DNA of 64,000 nucleotides from an uncultured cyanobacterium (GTDB lineage Bacteria; Cyanobacteriota; Cyanobacteriia; CAKZMO01), in the NCBI GenBank assembly GCA_963719515.1, contig CAVRCJ010000004.1, positions 32,001 to 96,000 on the forward strand, given 5' to 3'. Numbering within the stretch: position 1 is the first letter of the stretch; every line of letters begins with the position of its first letter. Below the pieces are notes generated by a model. That model was not told the DNA's origin. It made no database searches and saw only the letters and a list, made by a program, of their open reading frames with translations. The translations under genes were made by a program, and so were the position numbers. Below, one piece after another: positions 63,055 through 64,000 of this stretch.

Positions 63055-64000
63055 TCCACACCTGCCCGAGGGTCAATTACGGTGTACAGCAAGTCGATTA
63101 GCAGGTTTAGCACCACGTAGAGCAGCGCCATGGTGAGCACAAATCCCTGCACCGCCGCGTAGTCGGAGGCAATTAGGGCCGACACCGCGTAGGAGCCAAT
63201 CCCCGGCCAGGCGAACACCTTCTCCACCAGCACGTTCGCCCCCAGCAAAAAGGAAAATACTACCCCCAGCGTGGTGACCACCGGCAGCATGGCGTTGCGA
63301 AAAGCATAGGCAAACAGCACCGTGTGGGCGGCCAGTCCGCTAGCGCGGGCGGTGCGGATGAAGTCGCTGGAGAGCACCCCCAGCATGGCGGCGCGGGTGA
63401 CGCGGGCTAACGGCGCGAGGGCAAACAGCCCTAGGGTAATGGCGGGCAGAATCAGCTGGCCTAGGGCAGCGCCGAAGGTATCCAAGTCTCCGGCCAGCAG
63501 GCTATCTACTAGGAACAGCCCCGTCACGGGGTTTGGAGCCGAGTAGAGCAGGGCCAGTCGACCCAGGGGGGCAGGGGCGATGCCGAGGCGAAAGTAGAAG
63601 ACGTAGATCAGCAGCAGCCCCGTGAAGAAGGTGGGCAGGGACACCCCCGCCGTGGCCAATACCCGCACCCCATGGTCAATCCAAGAGCCCGGACGGGTGG
63701 CCGCTAGAATGCCCAGCGGCAGGGCTAAGCTGAGAGAAAACAGCAGCCCCGCTAGGGTTAGCTCCAGGGAGGCGGGCAGTCGCGTCAGCAGGTCTGACAT
63801 CACCGTTTGCCCCGTGGTCAGGGAGTTGCCCAAATCCCCCCGCAGCAGTTCCCCCACGTAGATCAAGAACTGCTCGGGCAGGCTGCGGTCCAGCCCTAGG
63901 GTGACGCGAATTTGGTCGATGGCCTCCTGGCTGGCCGCTGGCCCGGCAAAGTAGGCCGCTGGGTCCCCCGGTAGCGATCGCGTCAGCACGAAGGTGACCA
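63051..64000 (-). CDS. Peptide ABC transporter permease (OppB/DppB-like), 5' end outside the window
   Basis: PGDPA, GDLGNS, RLPASLEL, FIRTARASGL, VEKVFAWPGIG, IDPR. Confidence 0.93.
   Translation of the reverse strand, partial: VTFVLTRSLPGDPAAYFAGPAASQEAIDQIRVTLGLDRSLPEQFLIYVGELLRGDLGNSLTTGQTVMSDLLTRLPASLELTLAGLLFSLSLALPLGILAATRPGSWIDHGVRVLATAGVSLPTFFTGLLLIYVFYFRLGIAPAPLGRLALLYSAPNPVTGLFLVDSLLAGDLDTFGAALGQLILPAITLGLFALAPLARVTRAAMLGVLSSDFIRTARASGLAAHTVLFAYAFRNAMLPVVTTLGVVFSFLLGANVLVEKVFAWPGIGSYAVSALIASDYAAVQGFVLTMALLYVVLNLLIDLLYTVIDPRAGVE

Overview
A 64-kb piece of a GC-rich cyanobacterial chromosome. The HIP1 octamer GCGATCGC is very frequent, and psbP, a phycobiliprotein lyase and DUF2103/DUF2232/DUF1400 genes are present. 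Most of the window is housekeeping: clpS, accA-SDR-folE, cobT, psbP, menD, menH, nanE, hpnH, ligA, miaE, lgt, prolyl oligopeptidase and peptide/polyamine ABC transporters. There are also surface-glycan loci: wzm/wzt/GT4 divergent from GT4/wbaP/O-antigen ligase, a GT2/deacetylase/GT4/GT-A operon, and three GT-C-like membrane proteins. The accessory features of most interest are five. (1) An LRR-Roc-COR (Roco) gene next to a VapC toxin; its 16 near-identical 66-nt LRR units vary almost only at a few predicted surface codons, and its TIR/DUF4062-like C-terminal domain is separated by two +1 frameshifts. (2) An AT-rich gene for a pentapeptide-repeat plus TIR/NDT-like protein, followed by a solitary integron attC site. 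(3) A ~450-bp protein-less IS200/IS605 derivative with covarying end hairpins and an omega-RNA-like 3' region. (4) A degenerate adenylate-kinase/thioredoxin fusion. (5) An 11-unit 14-15-bp tandem repeat abutting a glycosyltransferase start codon. Several MITE-like elements are also present. No rRNA, tRNA or CRISPR array was recognised. All calls come from reading motifs by eye; no searches were run.
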